Below are positions 35,101 to 44,269 of a DNA stretch of 64,000 nucleotides, in pieces (positions within the stretch are counted from its first letter, which is position 1; each line of letters starts with the position of its first letter). Source of the stretch: Flectonema sp. DT1601 (taxonomy: Eukaryota); assembly GCA_964019425.1 (NCBI GenBank), contig OZ025792.1, positions 496,001 through 560,000 of the forward strand, read 5' to 3'. The translations under genes were made by a program, and so were the position numbers. The notes below the pieces were generated by a model that was not told where the DNA came from, made no database searches, and saw nothing but the letters and a program-made list of their open reading frames with translations.

Positions 35101-35276
35101 GCATCGACAGAGTGTAGTCCCTGCAGACCTGTTTCTCTTCTAAGGAGTGCTCTGGAGACATTCCCGCCATCTATCCTGTTAGAAACAGTCATTCTATTGT
35201 TTGATTGTATCTTATTAATTGTTACTAGTGTGCCATTGTCGTTTATGTTTTTATCCGTTTGAATTATTACAGACAT
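32139..35276 (-). CDS. Hypothetical 1045-aa coiled-coil protein with an acidic tandem-repeat tail
   Basis: Long ORF with E..SR..I motifs in the N-terminal half and a 15-aa repeat array in the C-terminal half. Confidence 0.7.
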   Translation of the reverse strand: MSVIIQTDKNINDNGTLVTINKIQSNNRMTVSNRIDGGNVSRALLRRETGLQGLHSVDAVLVKKWMKNAKSKYQNSQQAVVELSTEVGLLYSLLHNSETYVLQTKEEPYRMQLEHYHENSISLLTQLFMIIVDQEREYYLLQKECEGCFNLLYFNFFESKVQFLNRDIDVGVQILKHFEQIERTLLTDMMKYFIKTNQREQRERILMKEKFQRFIIQIECSKELLSVSESVIIFSCESSSRHLIYKSSMIHHSETSSRHLIELMHYNKSIQHLSAYSELQLFSSFIKSNISTTIETEHLNREIILNEEKSSNLSLSETTTRHSILLEEYNNKKFLNEMFCYVMAVAKSNKYTHDFQLTKYKDSRRKLYHQAEQRIREMRMKMRMEELFDIQQSFSSIIINKLIMNAKILMSKRRSHDSNQSSDRSNSFVSTNGHLSVSLPQKHSVHRKKRSSNTEIDMKSDDINYSNIHISLTTPEDDLLKRGSNSIILSTGNPTSDHHQLQVASDEETRKELHHQFVSEIIPSGDVEHMKSFPFEFTEVQTETSEEEISGAQADREAGELTASDVNKKCEHSVPQTADVKSEPNDSQKELIEPQHHQREEVAEVNNENMLRSHSSDRVTPPLGELPDSPQNCIPDSTRELPDYPQNCIPDSTRELPDSPQNCIPDSTRELPDNSQNCIPGSTRELPDNSQNCIPDSTRELPDNSQNCIPDSTRELPDNSQNCIPDSTRELPDSPQNCIPDSTRELPDNSQNCIPGSTRELPDNSQNCIPDSTRELPDNSQNCIPDSTRELPDSPQNCIPDSTRELPDSPQNCIPDSTREPPDNSQNCIPDSTREPPDNSQNCIPDSTREPPDSPQNCIPDSTRELPVPDLLKDDLANEVTVETDAQFDDSQTADVKSEPNDSQKELIEPQHQQREEVAEVNNENMLRSHNSDSAVAPPSCDQTDYPLVVRESEPNDPVGQSIEVEMINRRQSLDHIKHSDSSQILNNTATNNIQQVISKETDEVLVDDVLELVKSNQGEDIDYYSDKPDEVHAVPVEDIKLGEL
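32476..33553. repeat. 130-bp direct repeats (32476-32605 and 33424-33553) bracketing the 45-bp array
   Basis: The two copies differ at 2 positions by eye; both encode QTADVKSEPNDSQKELIEPQH.QREEVAEVNNENMLRSH.SD. Confidence 0.9.
32685..33404 (-). repeat. Coding 45-bp tandem repeat, 16 copies (ELPD[NS][SP]QNCIPDSTR)
   Basis: Unit ctctcgagtactgtctggtatgcagttctgtgagttatctggtag; copies counted from the translation. Confidence 0.95.
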
Positions 35277-35707
35277 TTTAGTATCATTTGTTCTTTTTTT
35301 TTAAATTGTAATATTGTTAACCTGATTTGAAAAGAAAATAATTTTTAAAATATTTTTTTAATGTGTAACAAAGAGAAAGAAAGAAAAAAAAACTAACTTT
35401 TCAAAAAAAAAAATAACCAAAGGACAAGATGAAGCAGGGCAACAACGACAAGTAAGATACTGATTTTACAATAGAACGGTTTTTTTTTTTCACTTTTTTT
35501 TTTTTTTTTTGTAACCATAACAAACTCACACAAAGTAAACCGATAATACAAGATATCACATATATATATAAAAAGAAAACCAGCATCAGGTAAGAGGTGA
35601 ACAACTCACTCGAGAGTGTTGTTCCGCTGGTTTTAAGTGACAAGAAAAACAACAACAACAACCAAAGAGAAATAGTAATTTAAAGTTAATAAAGTAAATA
35701 GATGGGA

Positions 35708-37267
35708 TCAACCACCTCCTAGTTGAAGTTCAAGGAATTCTTTCCAATTGATTTTTCCATCACCGTCGGAATCGGCGTCCTCGAATATAGATTGAATGAT
35801 TGGGACAAGTTCTGGGTCATCCATTCCACCGAGAGCGGTTTTGACTTCATCGGATGTTAAGAGACCATCGCCATTCAGATCAAAGTTGGTAAACATGTCA
35901 CGAACCGAATCAATAATTTCCGGAGGAAATTCCGACAAAGTTTTTGGATTCGCTGGTGGTCCTGGAGGAACATCAATATCAACTCCAAGTTGTGATTTCA
36001 TAAATTCTCGATAATTAATTTTACCATCTCCGTCAGTATCCGCATTATTGAATATGTTCATAATCAGCTCTGTGTTATCACCGAGGTCACCCATTGCTGC
36101 TAACAACTCTTCTGGAGTAATTAACCCATCACCATTATGATCAATATCATTAAATGCATTAGTAAGTGTCTCAACTAACTCTGGTGGAACATCAGATAAT
36201 TTTACTGAAGGCTCATCAGTCAGAGGTGGTTCAGGTGTTGGGTCGCATATCGATTGTTCATCATCATCAGGTACCCCTCCGTAGAATGATATGAACTCCT
36301 CATATCCAATCTTACCATCACCATCCTTGTCAGCGAACATCATAGAGTGCATTACAATATTATGAGCACTTTCTGGGTCTAATCCAGCAGCTAGTAGTCC
36401 TCGTAGTAGTTCTTTGTCAGTTAGGACACCATCTCCGTTCGCATCCATTCGAACGAATTCAGCTTTTAGAGAAGCTAAAGTCTCAGGAGGTATTGTTGGG
36501 TAGTTATCACGATCTTCTTCAGTAAGAGGTTGCGACTTATCAACTTCTTCAGGTGCTGAAGTTACTGCTGGAGTTGGTACCGACGGAGGGTCTGGTGCTA
36601 CTACCACGTCAGGTTCTGTCGCAGGAGGTTGCTCAATAGCTGGAGGTGGAACAACCTGAACAACCTTTTCACTCTGAGGAGGTGTGACGGGTGTGATTGG
36701 CTGATTCCTCCAGGGATCCCATCCTTTTACACGAGCAACCGCTGCTTCGAATTCTGGTCTTGTCAAAGCACCATTATCATAAGCAGCTTGTAATGATCCA
36801 AGTTGTCTTGACTGCCTTGGATTAGGTTCAGGTGTTCCTGTTGAAACAGGTGACGCTGTTTGCTGTGGGGATGTTAAATATGAGAAAGCACTTCCCGGAG
36901 ATGATCTCTCAGATTTCCTAAAAACAGTCATCCCAACAGATAGCAATCCAAGTTGTAACGCTCCTGATCTTGATCTCTTCATATCAGCACTCGAGGAGAT
37001 GTAGTGACCATTTAAACTTTCGATGATATCATTTCTTTGAACGCCAGACCTGTCAGTTGGACTGTTGACTTCGATCCCGTCAACACGAATTTGACCATTC
37101 TCAGCCACACATTTTAAACCAAAACTCTCAGTAGGTTTTATTAATGAAATAGTAAGGTAGAGTCTTCGAACTCCTCCACTTGATGACGGTGATCCAACTG
37201 GACTGCCGTACCCTCCACGAGTGCGAGACGGACTCCTCCGGCGGTCCTCACGAAATAAGTGAGACAT
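35708..37267 (-). CDS. PDZ, SHOCT-like and six EF-hand calcium-binding protein
   Basis: PDZ (ESFGL..SPTDRSGVQRNDIIESLNG); LGSLQAAYDNGALTRPEFEAA; three pairs of canonical D.[ND]GDG EF-hand loops. Confidence 0.85.
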   Translation of the reverse strand: MSHLFREDRRRSPSRTRGGYGSPVGSPSSSGGVRRLYLTISLIKPTESFGLKCVAENGQIRVDGIEVNSPTDRSGVQRNDIIESLNGHYISSSADMKRSRSGALQLGLLSVGMTVFRKSERSSPGSAFSYLTSPQQTASPVSTGTPEPNPRQSRQLGSLQAAYDNGALTRPEFEAAVARVKGWDPWRNQPITPVTPPQSEKVVQVVPPPAIEQPPATEPDVVVAPDPPSVPTPAVTSAPEEVDKSQPLTEEDRDNYPTIPPETLASLKAEFVRMDANGDGVLTDKELLRGLLAAGLDPESAHNIVMHSMMFADKDGDGKIGYEEFISFYGGVPDDDEQSICDPTPEPPLTDEPSVKLSDVPPELVETLTNAFNDIDHNGDGLITPEELLAAMGDLGDNTELIMNIFNNADTDGDGKINYREFMKSQLGVDIDVPPGPPANPKTLSEFPPEIIDSVRDMFTNFDLNGDGLLTSDEVKTALGGMDDPELVPIIQSIFEDADSDGDGKINWKEFLELQLGGG

Positions 37268-37570
37268 CCGTCTGTTTGAAAGTAAAGAGAGAACTCAAAT
37301 AACAAAAACAATATATCAACACGACATCTCGCATCAAACAACTCACCTGACAAGAAGTTAATGAAATTATACTTATACTTTAGATACGATTAATGTTGTT
37401 AAATAAGAACATTTAGAAATATTAAGGGCACCTGCAGTCACCATTGACTACGGAAAAAAAAAACGAAGAAAGGGAGACAAAAAAAAAACAAAGCAACACG
37501 ACGCACACACTGCGTATTAAAACCATTATTCATGGTCTACAGTGTGATGAGAATATTGATGTTTGCTTAC

Positions 37571-40012
37571 CTAACCTGCAATAGAGAGAGAATTGTCATT
37601 TACAGCAGTGGTGGCGTCTACGATAACAGTCGATGTTTTCTTTGTCTGCTCAACATATTTTAAAGTGGTAGAAATAATATCAAATCCCTGATGCGCTCGA
37701 AGTTCTTTCAATAGCTCTGGTTGCTTAGCGAGCTTTGCTAATGCAATTGCTGAATTCTTCTGCGCTAAAATGTTAAGGGCTGATTCAGAATCGTCCACAC
37801 GTCGTTCCGATCGCTTTCGTTTAATGACATCCAACAATGGACAGATGATGCCTTCCTTTGTTGATAAAAATAATGAAGTCCAGTGGGGAATTGTAGCAAA
37901 GTCAGACACAATCAAAGCCATGTTTCCTGTGACTCTGTTGGTGCTGGTGGCGAGGAATTTGTACATCACTTTTAAAAAGTTATTTGAATCAGAAAATATG
38001 ATCTGTTCTGTTGGAGTGGTATTCGACACAAACTCAGTGAGGTCATCTACTTCCATTGTTTGACTTGGATTCAGTTCAGCATTTACTAACGCGGCGATGA
38101 TCGAAATAACATTTTCATCCAGAGATGCTTCATAACTTCCTCCTCGAACATCTTTCTTCTCAACACAAAAGTTTCTGTAGAGGATCGGTAGTAGTGTTTC
38201 CTCGACTACTTTCTCTTTCTTAACAAACCCATGAACCTGAGGAACTCTCACAACTTTACTTATAAAAGAAAGTGATCTGGTTAAAACTGGTGTAGCGTCA
38301 TCATCATTTTCAGATTTCTGATTGGCGGTCGACAAGAATCGAACCGACGCATCTCTCAACAGTTTTAATACATTTTTGAGAACCTTTTCAGAAGTCAAGA
38401 ATGAAGTCGTAGCTGCACAACCATCCATTAAACAATTGTACAATACAGCAAGCATCGCTTCTTGACTGAAATAACTGTTGGTTGAGGTATCTAACAAATC
38501 GACTTCCTTCTGCAGACAAGTAGTAATAGCTGAGAGATGACTTTTTGATAATAACTTTCTAAAACGAGTATCGGTAGTCAATCTCATGACACACGCAGCT
38601 GCAGTCGATTGTAAACCTCTGCTCTTACTAATATCTAACATCGGTAAGATATAAGCTGGCATGCTGTGACCAGAGTCAAACAGAGCTTCACACCAACAGG
38701 TACTCTGCATTAAATTATCTAACAGTTGAATCAAGACTTCCAAGTGACCATCTGTTGACATACTGTTTGGTAGGTCGAGGAGTCTCTTGGTACCGAAATG
38801 ACGTAATAAATCACTTCTGAAACTCTCAGATACCCCAGATAATGAAACCAGGGCAGCAAGTGATTGATGGGTTAGTAGTTGTTTATCATTGTTGGTTGTT
38901 AATAGTTTTATTAAACCTTCGAAACTATTTTTATTTTCATCCTCATCATCAGATTGGTTTTCATAATAAATTTCAGCAACACAAAGAGCAACAGAGTCTC
39001 TTATCGAGTTTTGTTTTTGAAGAAGTTTTTCATTCTTGTTTACAAAACTAAGAAGCAGTTTAGCTGTTGGAGTTGGTCTCCAAGAACACAATAAGGTCAT
39101 GGCTTTTTTTGTATCGAGAGCCAAGTCTTTGTTTTGAAATAATTTCGTTAAATTTGTAGTGTCAGAAGCCATCTTATTAAGTAGCAATACTTTTTCTGAA
39201 GTCGGTGAGTCTTCATTGATTTTTAAAATACTTTCTTCTAAAACAACAATCAACTTGATAAGGTCATCTTGCTGATCACTAGTGAGATGATTTTGCACTT
39301 GTATTTCATCATCTTTTTGTGATAATGCTAATTTTTTTAAATCTAAAATATCCTTACTGCGTCCTTCATTACAAATAACTTCCTCACAAACAGAGATTGC
39401 TTCAACTGAACGTCTTAAATAAACCAAACACGTTGCTTTACGTTTTAAAGCTTTGCAGTTAATTGCGTCTTGAGAGAGAACTTTTAAACAGTCTTGTAAC
39501 GCAGAGTCGTGTCTTTTTAAATAAATGCGGGCCTGAGCTCTGTTATTATATATTGACATATTATTTGGGTTAAGTGTGATTCCTGAAGAGTACATTTCAT
39601 CCGCTTCAATCCATTTTTTTTCTTTAAAAAGATCGTTTCCTTTTTCTTTGTAACTTAAAGACTCCTTAAGCATTAAATGCTTTGCCAGATCCTTAGCATT
39701 TCCATCTGAAGGTCTGTCGGGAACGTAGTCTTCCGGAGTAGTGTCCCAAACTTTCTTTTTAATCGGTTTCGTAAATTCTTCATCGTCGAATCTCTGATAG
39801 TCAGTAGTGTAACGGCTTTTATTATAATTTGGTAACGGTGCGAGTTCCTTTTTTTCGACATCCGGCTGCGGATCACATTCGGGATCGACGTATTCATCGG
39901 ATAAGAGGTATTTTACAGCTTTCTGCATGTCTTCCACTTTTGATAGCCATTCCGTTGCTTTCGCATCGTCGTCCTTGTTGGGCATTCCCGGAATTGGTAC
40001 TTTTGGTGGCAT
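37571..40012 (-). CDS. TTC12: TPR plus ARM-repeat protein, TTC12-like (axonemal dynein assembly)
   Basis: KEKGNDLFK..IYNNRAQA TPRs, an ARM solenoid, and C-terminal KNSAIALAKLA...LRAHQGFDII. Start taken at MPPKV. Confidence 0.7.
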   Translation of the reverse strand: MPPKVPIPGMPNKDDDAKATEWLSKVEDMQKAVKYLLSDEYVDPECDPQPDVEKKELAPLPNYNKSRYTTDYQRFDDEEFTKPIKKKVWDTTPEDYVPDRPSDGNAKDLAKHLMLKESLSYKEKGNDLFKEKKWIEADEMYSSGITLNPNNMSIYNNRAQARIYLKRHDSALQDCLKVLSQDAINCKALKRKATCLVYLRRSVEAISVCEEVICNEGRSKDILDLKKLALSQKDDEIQVQNHLTSDQQDDLIKLIVVLEESILKINEDSPTSEKVLLLNKMASDTTNLTKLFQNKDLALDTKKAMTLLCSWRPTPTAKLLLSFVNKNEKLLQKQNSIRDSVALCVAEIYYENQSDDEDENKNSFEGLIKLLTTNNDKQLLTHQSLAALVSLSGVSESFRSDLLRHFGTKRLLDLPNSMSTDGHLEVLIQLLDNLMQSTCWCEALFDSGHSMPAYILPMLDISKSRGLQSTAAACVMRLTTDTRFRKLLSKSHLSAITTCLQKEVDLLDTSTNSYFSQEAMLAVLYNCLMDGCAATTSFLTSEKVLKNVLKLLRDASVRFLSTANQKSENDDDATPVLTRSLSFISKVVRVPQVHGFVKKEKVVEETLLPILYRNFCVEKKDVRGGSYEASLDENVISIIAALVNAELNPSQTMEVDDLTEFVSNTTPTEQIIFSDSNNFLKVMYKFLATSTNRVTGNMALIVSDFATIPHWTSLFLSTKEGIICPLLDVIKRKRSERRVDDSESALNILAQKNSAIALAKLAKQPELLKELRAHQGFDIISTTLKYVEQTKKTSTVIVDATTAVNDNSLSIAG

Positions 40013-40999
40013 TATTATGTATAGTGTTAGTGTTGGATGCTTTTGGAAAAAAAAGTAAGTATTTTTTTTTTTTTCAAAAAAAAAAAAAAGGGGGAATAAT
40101 AATTCCGTTTCTTTGGTACGCAAATTCAATAAAAATATGAACGTTAGAAATAGCAGAGAGCTTTATTTATTTTATTTTATTTTATTTTTATTTTTATTTT
40201 TTTAAAAAAGGGCGCAAGGAAGAGTTCACCATTCCAGACATGTCTCAATGACGCAGCTGGCGGTGCCACCTAAATATGTCGAAACGAATAGAGAGAGAAA
40301 ATAAAGGAAACAAACCGAGGGAAATCGAGACAAAAACAAGGGGAAAAAAATACTTTTTTTCCTTCTATAAGTGAGAAGGACAAGCCGAAGCAGTCACTCA
40401 ATTCTCTTCACTGAGATTGCAGATTTGCTTTTTTTGCTCCCATCGGTTCCTCCTTTACTATCATTTTATTTATTGCTGTTCATTCTTGTTCGTCTAAGTA
40501 AATGCGATGGCTGCCTCGAATCTGCAGACCAAAAGGCATTTTCGCGGACAGTACGTTTCAGTTTTTTTTTTTTTTTTTTTTAATAGGCACGCACTAACAG
40601 TAAAGAGAAAAAGCGAAGGAGGGGGGGAGTTGATTTTTGTACGTAAAATACAAACGTATTTTATCATAAACAACATAAAAACGATTATATAACATTAATT
40701 CCAGATACAATGACTAAAGGTAATGTTAGTGTAGTCATACACCCTCGAAAAAGCGAAAGGGGGAGCTGGGGGAAAAAAAACGAACGAAACCCAAACAGCA
40801 CAGTGTCTGACTTCAAAATGTGCTACGGCAACCACCAATGATATGATAAGCGTTGCACAAATTAGTTAAAAATAAAGAAATTGAGTGAGCAACAAATAAG
40901 AACATATAACAGCGTCAGACTATTGCTTGTTATATTTCACATCAAAGGGAAAAGAAGGTGAACAGAGGGTCACATCCGGGATGGGAAAAGGACACATAA

Positions 41000-43324
41000 T
41001 TAAACATCAGGGAAACTAACAACACGAGCAGACCCAGTCAAAGTCACCGGAATAGTCACGTTAACAATTCCATTACTGACTAATAAAGAGCTCTTACCAG
41101 AGTTGCAGGTGCGATCACCTGAGCTGGAAATATCGGAAAAGTCTTTTCTAGCGACCTTCAAAGGAAAGGTGGTGCTGGCACCAGCGTTCAAGTGAACTCT
41201 CTTAAAGGCAACTAGTCTCTTGAGAAGTGGAAGACCTTTTCCAACAGTACCTCCCTGTTTGTAAATCATAACAACCTCATCTCCAGACACACTTCCAGTA
41301 TTGTGAACAGTGACAACAATCTCATGAGTGAAATCAGAGTCACAGTTAAAGCTCACAGGCTGGTTGGATGTACTAACCGCAAATGATGTGAACGATAATC
41401 CAAAACCAAATTCAAATTCAGTCTCACCTGTGTAGAACTTGTAAGTTCTTCCCTCAGTGCCTGCTCTATTCATCTCCATATCAGACATGTTAAATTTATT
41501 AATAAAGTCAGCAGGGTACACAGTGTATGGCATCTTTCCTCCAAGGTTCTCATTAGTACCAAATAGTGTTGAGGAGATAGCCTGTGCTCCATAAACACCT
41601 GGGTAAAATGCTTCAAAGATTGCGTCCAACGAGTTTAGTTGGGAACCCAAGGCAACCATTCCTCCATTGACAAGGATTAGAATAATTGGTTTTCCCTTTG
41701 CTGCGATTGCTGTAATTAAATCTTTTTGAACACCCGGAAGGTCAATAACTTTTCTGTCGTGTGACTCAGCCTCAACACCCTCACTGAGACCCAACAACAT
41801 AACAACGACATCTGAGTTTTCAGCTGCAGCTTCAGCAGCAGCAAACCCGCTTTTGTTAGTTCCAGTGACTGTGCATCCCTCGGCGCTGACGGTTTTTCCC
41901 GCGACGTTCAACTTACGAATAGCATTCAGTGGTGTCTCAACACAGTTAAACGTATCATCAATACATATCTGACCATAGTAGTTACCAACCAATGACTCGG
42001 TAGCATTAACATGAGGTCCGATTACTGCTATGTTTGTACCAGGCTTTAAAGGAAGAATGTTATTATGATTCTTAAGCAGAACCATACTCTCTCTGGCTGC
42101 AAGCTTTGACGTTTCAATAGAGGAAGGAGTGCCAATAACTGAAACTGGAACATTCCAAAGAGGTTGGTTGTCAATTGGATCGAATAGTCCCATATCGAAT
42201 AGAAGTCCTAAGGAATTACTTAAAGCGTAATCAACATCTTCTTTACTGCAATGACCCTCCTTTACTCCTTGCATTAAGTAGTCGTGGTAGACAGCACCAC
42301 TGTCAATATCAGTAGTGCCTCCTTTAATGGCTGCGCACGCGGCTTCACTACCACTTTGAACGTAATGATGTTGTGTATAAATATCACTCACGGCACCAGA
42401 ATCAGAAGAAATGTATCCTGTGAAGTTCCAAGTTCCTCTCATTACTGATGCGAGAAAAGGCGATGCGCAAGTTGGAATACCATTCAGGGAGTTGTAAGAA
42501 CACATAACTCCCTGAGCCTTACCATCGACAATTGTTAACTTCCAAGCTGGGAAGAAAGTATCAGCCAACGTCTGATTCGATACGATGGCGTTGAAATTAT
42601 GTCTCGTCTTACCATCAGAATTCTCAAGAGTGTACGCATCCCAATGTTTAATTGTTGAGACTGCCTGAAGGTGTTTTGGGTCTCTTGGCGACTGTTGAAG
42701 TCCTTCGGTAATTTGTTGTCCAAAGATCCCATTCATGTAAGGATCTTCACCAGGTACTTCTTGATTACGACCCCAACGAGGATCATGGTTGATATTAATA
42801 TTTGGTGACCAACAATCTAATCCCATCTTTGGTCTACCTGACCAAGAATTGTACTCTGTGGCACCCGCCAGCCACAAAGAACGAGTCTCAAGACCCATAA
42901 TAGAACCCATCTCATACCACATTGAACTATTCCATGATGATCCAAGGTTGATTGGGTTTGGGAATGATGTTGGGCAGTAAGTTGTTTTAGTTTTATCGTC
43001 ATAAACACAACTACTCTGAACGCCATGAATACAGTTCAGTCCCCAGTCGTATGCTGGAAGTCCAAGTCGAGAGATGTTTCCAGGTGGACCAGGTGATCCA
43101 CCTCCACCTTCTCTAGCGGTTAGTAAAGGAGGTATTTCATCGTCTTGAAGGCTGTTTATCAAATCAGTCAAACGTTCCTTTTTCGATTTTGTCGTGTCGC
43201 AGAATCCAAAATGATCAAATCCAGGTCTGCAGGCTCTCTCATCAACAGTACCCGTAGTCACTGGGACTGTCTTTGCGAATGATGTACCAGCCGCAGCGAG
43301 AAGTACCGCAACTGTGCGAGACAT
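41000..43324 (-). CDS. Secreted GH3 beta-xylosidase/alpha-arabinofuranosidase
   Basis: Signal peptide; WSPNININHDPRWGRNQEVPGEDP, KHW, VMCSYN, ISSDSG (nucleophile Asp), EAESHDR; C-terminal Fn3-like domain. Confidence 0.93.
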   Translation of the reverse strand: MSRTVAVLLAAAGTSFAKTVPVTTGTVDERACRPGFDHFGFCDTTKSKKERLTDLINSLQDDEIPPLLTAREGGGGSPGPPGNISRLGLPAYDWGLNCIHGVQSSCVYDDKTKTTYCPTSFPNPINLGSSWNSSMWYEMGSIMGLETRSLWLAGATEYNSWSGRPKMGLDCWSPNININHDPRWGRNQEVPGEDPYMNGIFGQQITEGLQQSPRDPKHLQAVSTIKHWDAYTLENSDGKTRHNFNAIVSNQTLADTFFPAWKLTIVDGKAQGVMCSYNSLNGIPTCASPFLASVMRGTWNFTGYISSDSGAVSDIYTQHHYVQSGSEAACAAIKGGTTDIDSGAVYHDYLMQGVKEGHCSKEDVDYALSNSLGLLFDMGLFDPIDNQPLWNVPVSVIGTPSSIETSKLAARESMVLLKNHNNILPLKPGTNIAVIGPHVNATESLVGNYYGQICIDDTFNCVETPLNAIRKLNVAGKTVSAEGCTVTGTNKSGFAAAEAAAENSDVVVMLLGLSEGVEAESHDRKVIDLPGVQKDLITAIAAKGKPIILILVNGGMVALGSQLNSLDAIFEAFYPGVYGAQAISSTLFGTNENLGGKMPYTVYPADFINKFNMSDMEMNRAGTEGRTYKFYTGETEFEFGFGLSFTSFAVSTSNQPVSFNCDSDFTHEIVVTVHNTGSVSGDEVVMIYKQGGTVGKGLPLLKRLVAFKRVHLNAGASTTFPLKVARKDFSDISSSGDRTCNSGKSSLLVSNGIVNVTIPVTLTGSARVVSFPDV

Positions 43325-43927
43325 ATTACTTTGTGAGCTTCTGAAGAAAAAAGAAAGGGATATCACAATAACAATCAATCATCAGATTGATTAAAGAGGT
43401 CGCACTACTGACATTTTATCTGACAGAGATGTGAAATAATTTCGTTGAAAGATGTCTTTCTGACTTCTGTTCCAAAAAAAGATAATCAACAGGGGTGGTA
43501 ACTTGATACCGTAATTAAATATAAAGCAACCTGAAGGGGTGGTGCTAGTGTTCTTCGTCTTCTTTTCTTTTTTGTCTTTCTTTTTTTTTTTTTTTTTTTT
43601 TGATGATTTTCTACTCGCTTTTTTTTTTTTTTTTTTCTCTTTCTTCTCGAAAACATCAAAAAAAATTCTAAACAATATTTCAGAAATAGAAAAAAAAATA
43701 TAAAATAAATAAAATGTTATCACCACCAGTCACTGTAGCGTTCGAATAGGCTGTAGAAGAAGAACGTCACTACGTAGCCTTATTACGTAATCCTGGGTTC
43801 TCTCTTTGGTGGGTTAGACTTCGAGGATGCTTTTCATTCTAATTGCAGTTGCGCTCGTTTCTTTCTTTATAATTTCGTTCATTGTTGCTGCTGAGTTAGT
43901 TACGATTCCCTTCTTCGTTAAAAACGC

Positions 43928-44269
43928 TTACCAGTCGTCGTCATCTCTTATCTTGCGAACAAATGTAATTTTAGGGCCAGACTTTGATCCTCCCTGAGAC
44001 TCAGTCATTGCCTCTAAAAGTTGTTTTAACTTACTATCACTAACAGGTGGCTGTAGTCTTCCTTGTCTTACTGATTGGATAACGTAGTTCTCAATGCTTC
44101 TGGTTTTCTCTGGCTTTACGCAGGCGATTCTCTTCAACCTCTCTCTTGCTTCGGAATCTAATATGGCTCTGAGAGTCATGTCTCTCTGTTCTTCCATGGC
44201 AGCAGCATCTTCCTGCTGTTTTTGCATCTCCTCAGCAGACATCTGACGTTGTTGGCCGTCACCTTCCAT
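43928..44269 (-). CDS. PDCD5: Programmed cell death protein 5 (dsDNA-binding family)
   Basis: ILDSEARERLKRIACVKPEK..IENY...VSDSKLKQLL...KITFVR.DDDW. Confidence 0.92.
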   Translation of the reverse strand: MEGDGQQRQMSAEEMQKQQEDAAAMEEQRDMTLRAILDSEARERLKRIACVKPEKTRSIENYVIQSVRQGRLQPPVSDSKLKQLLEAMTESQGGSKSGPKITFVRKIRDDDDW

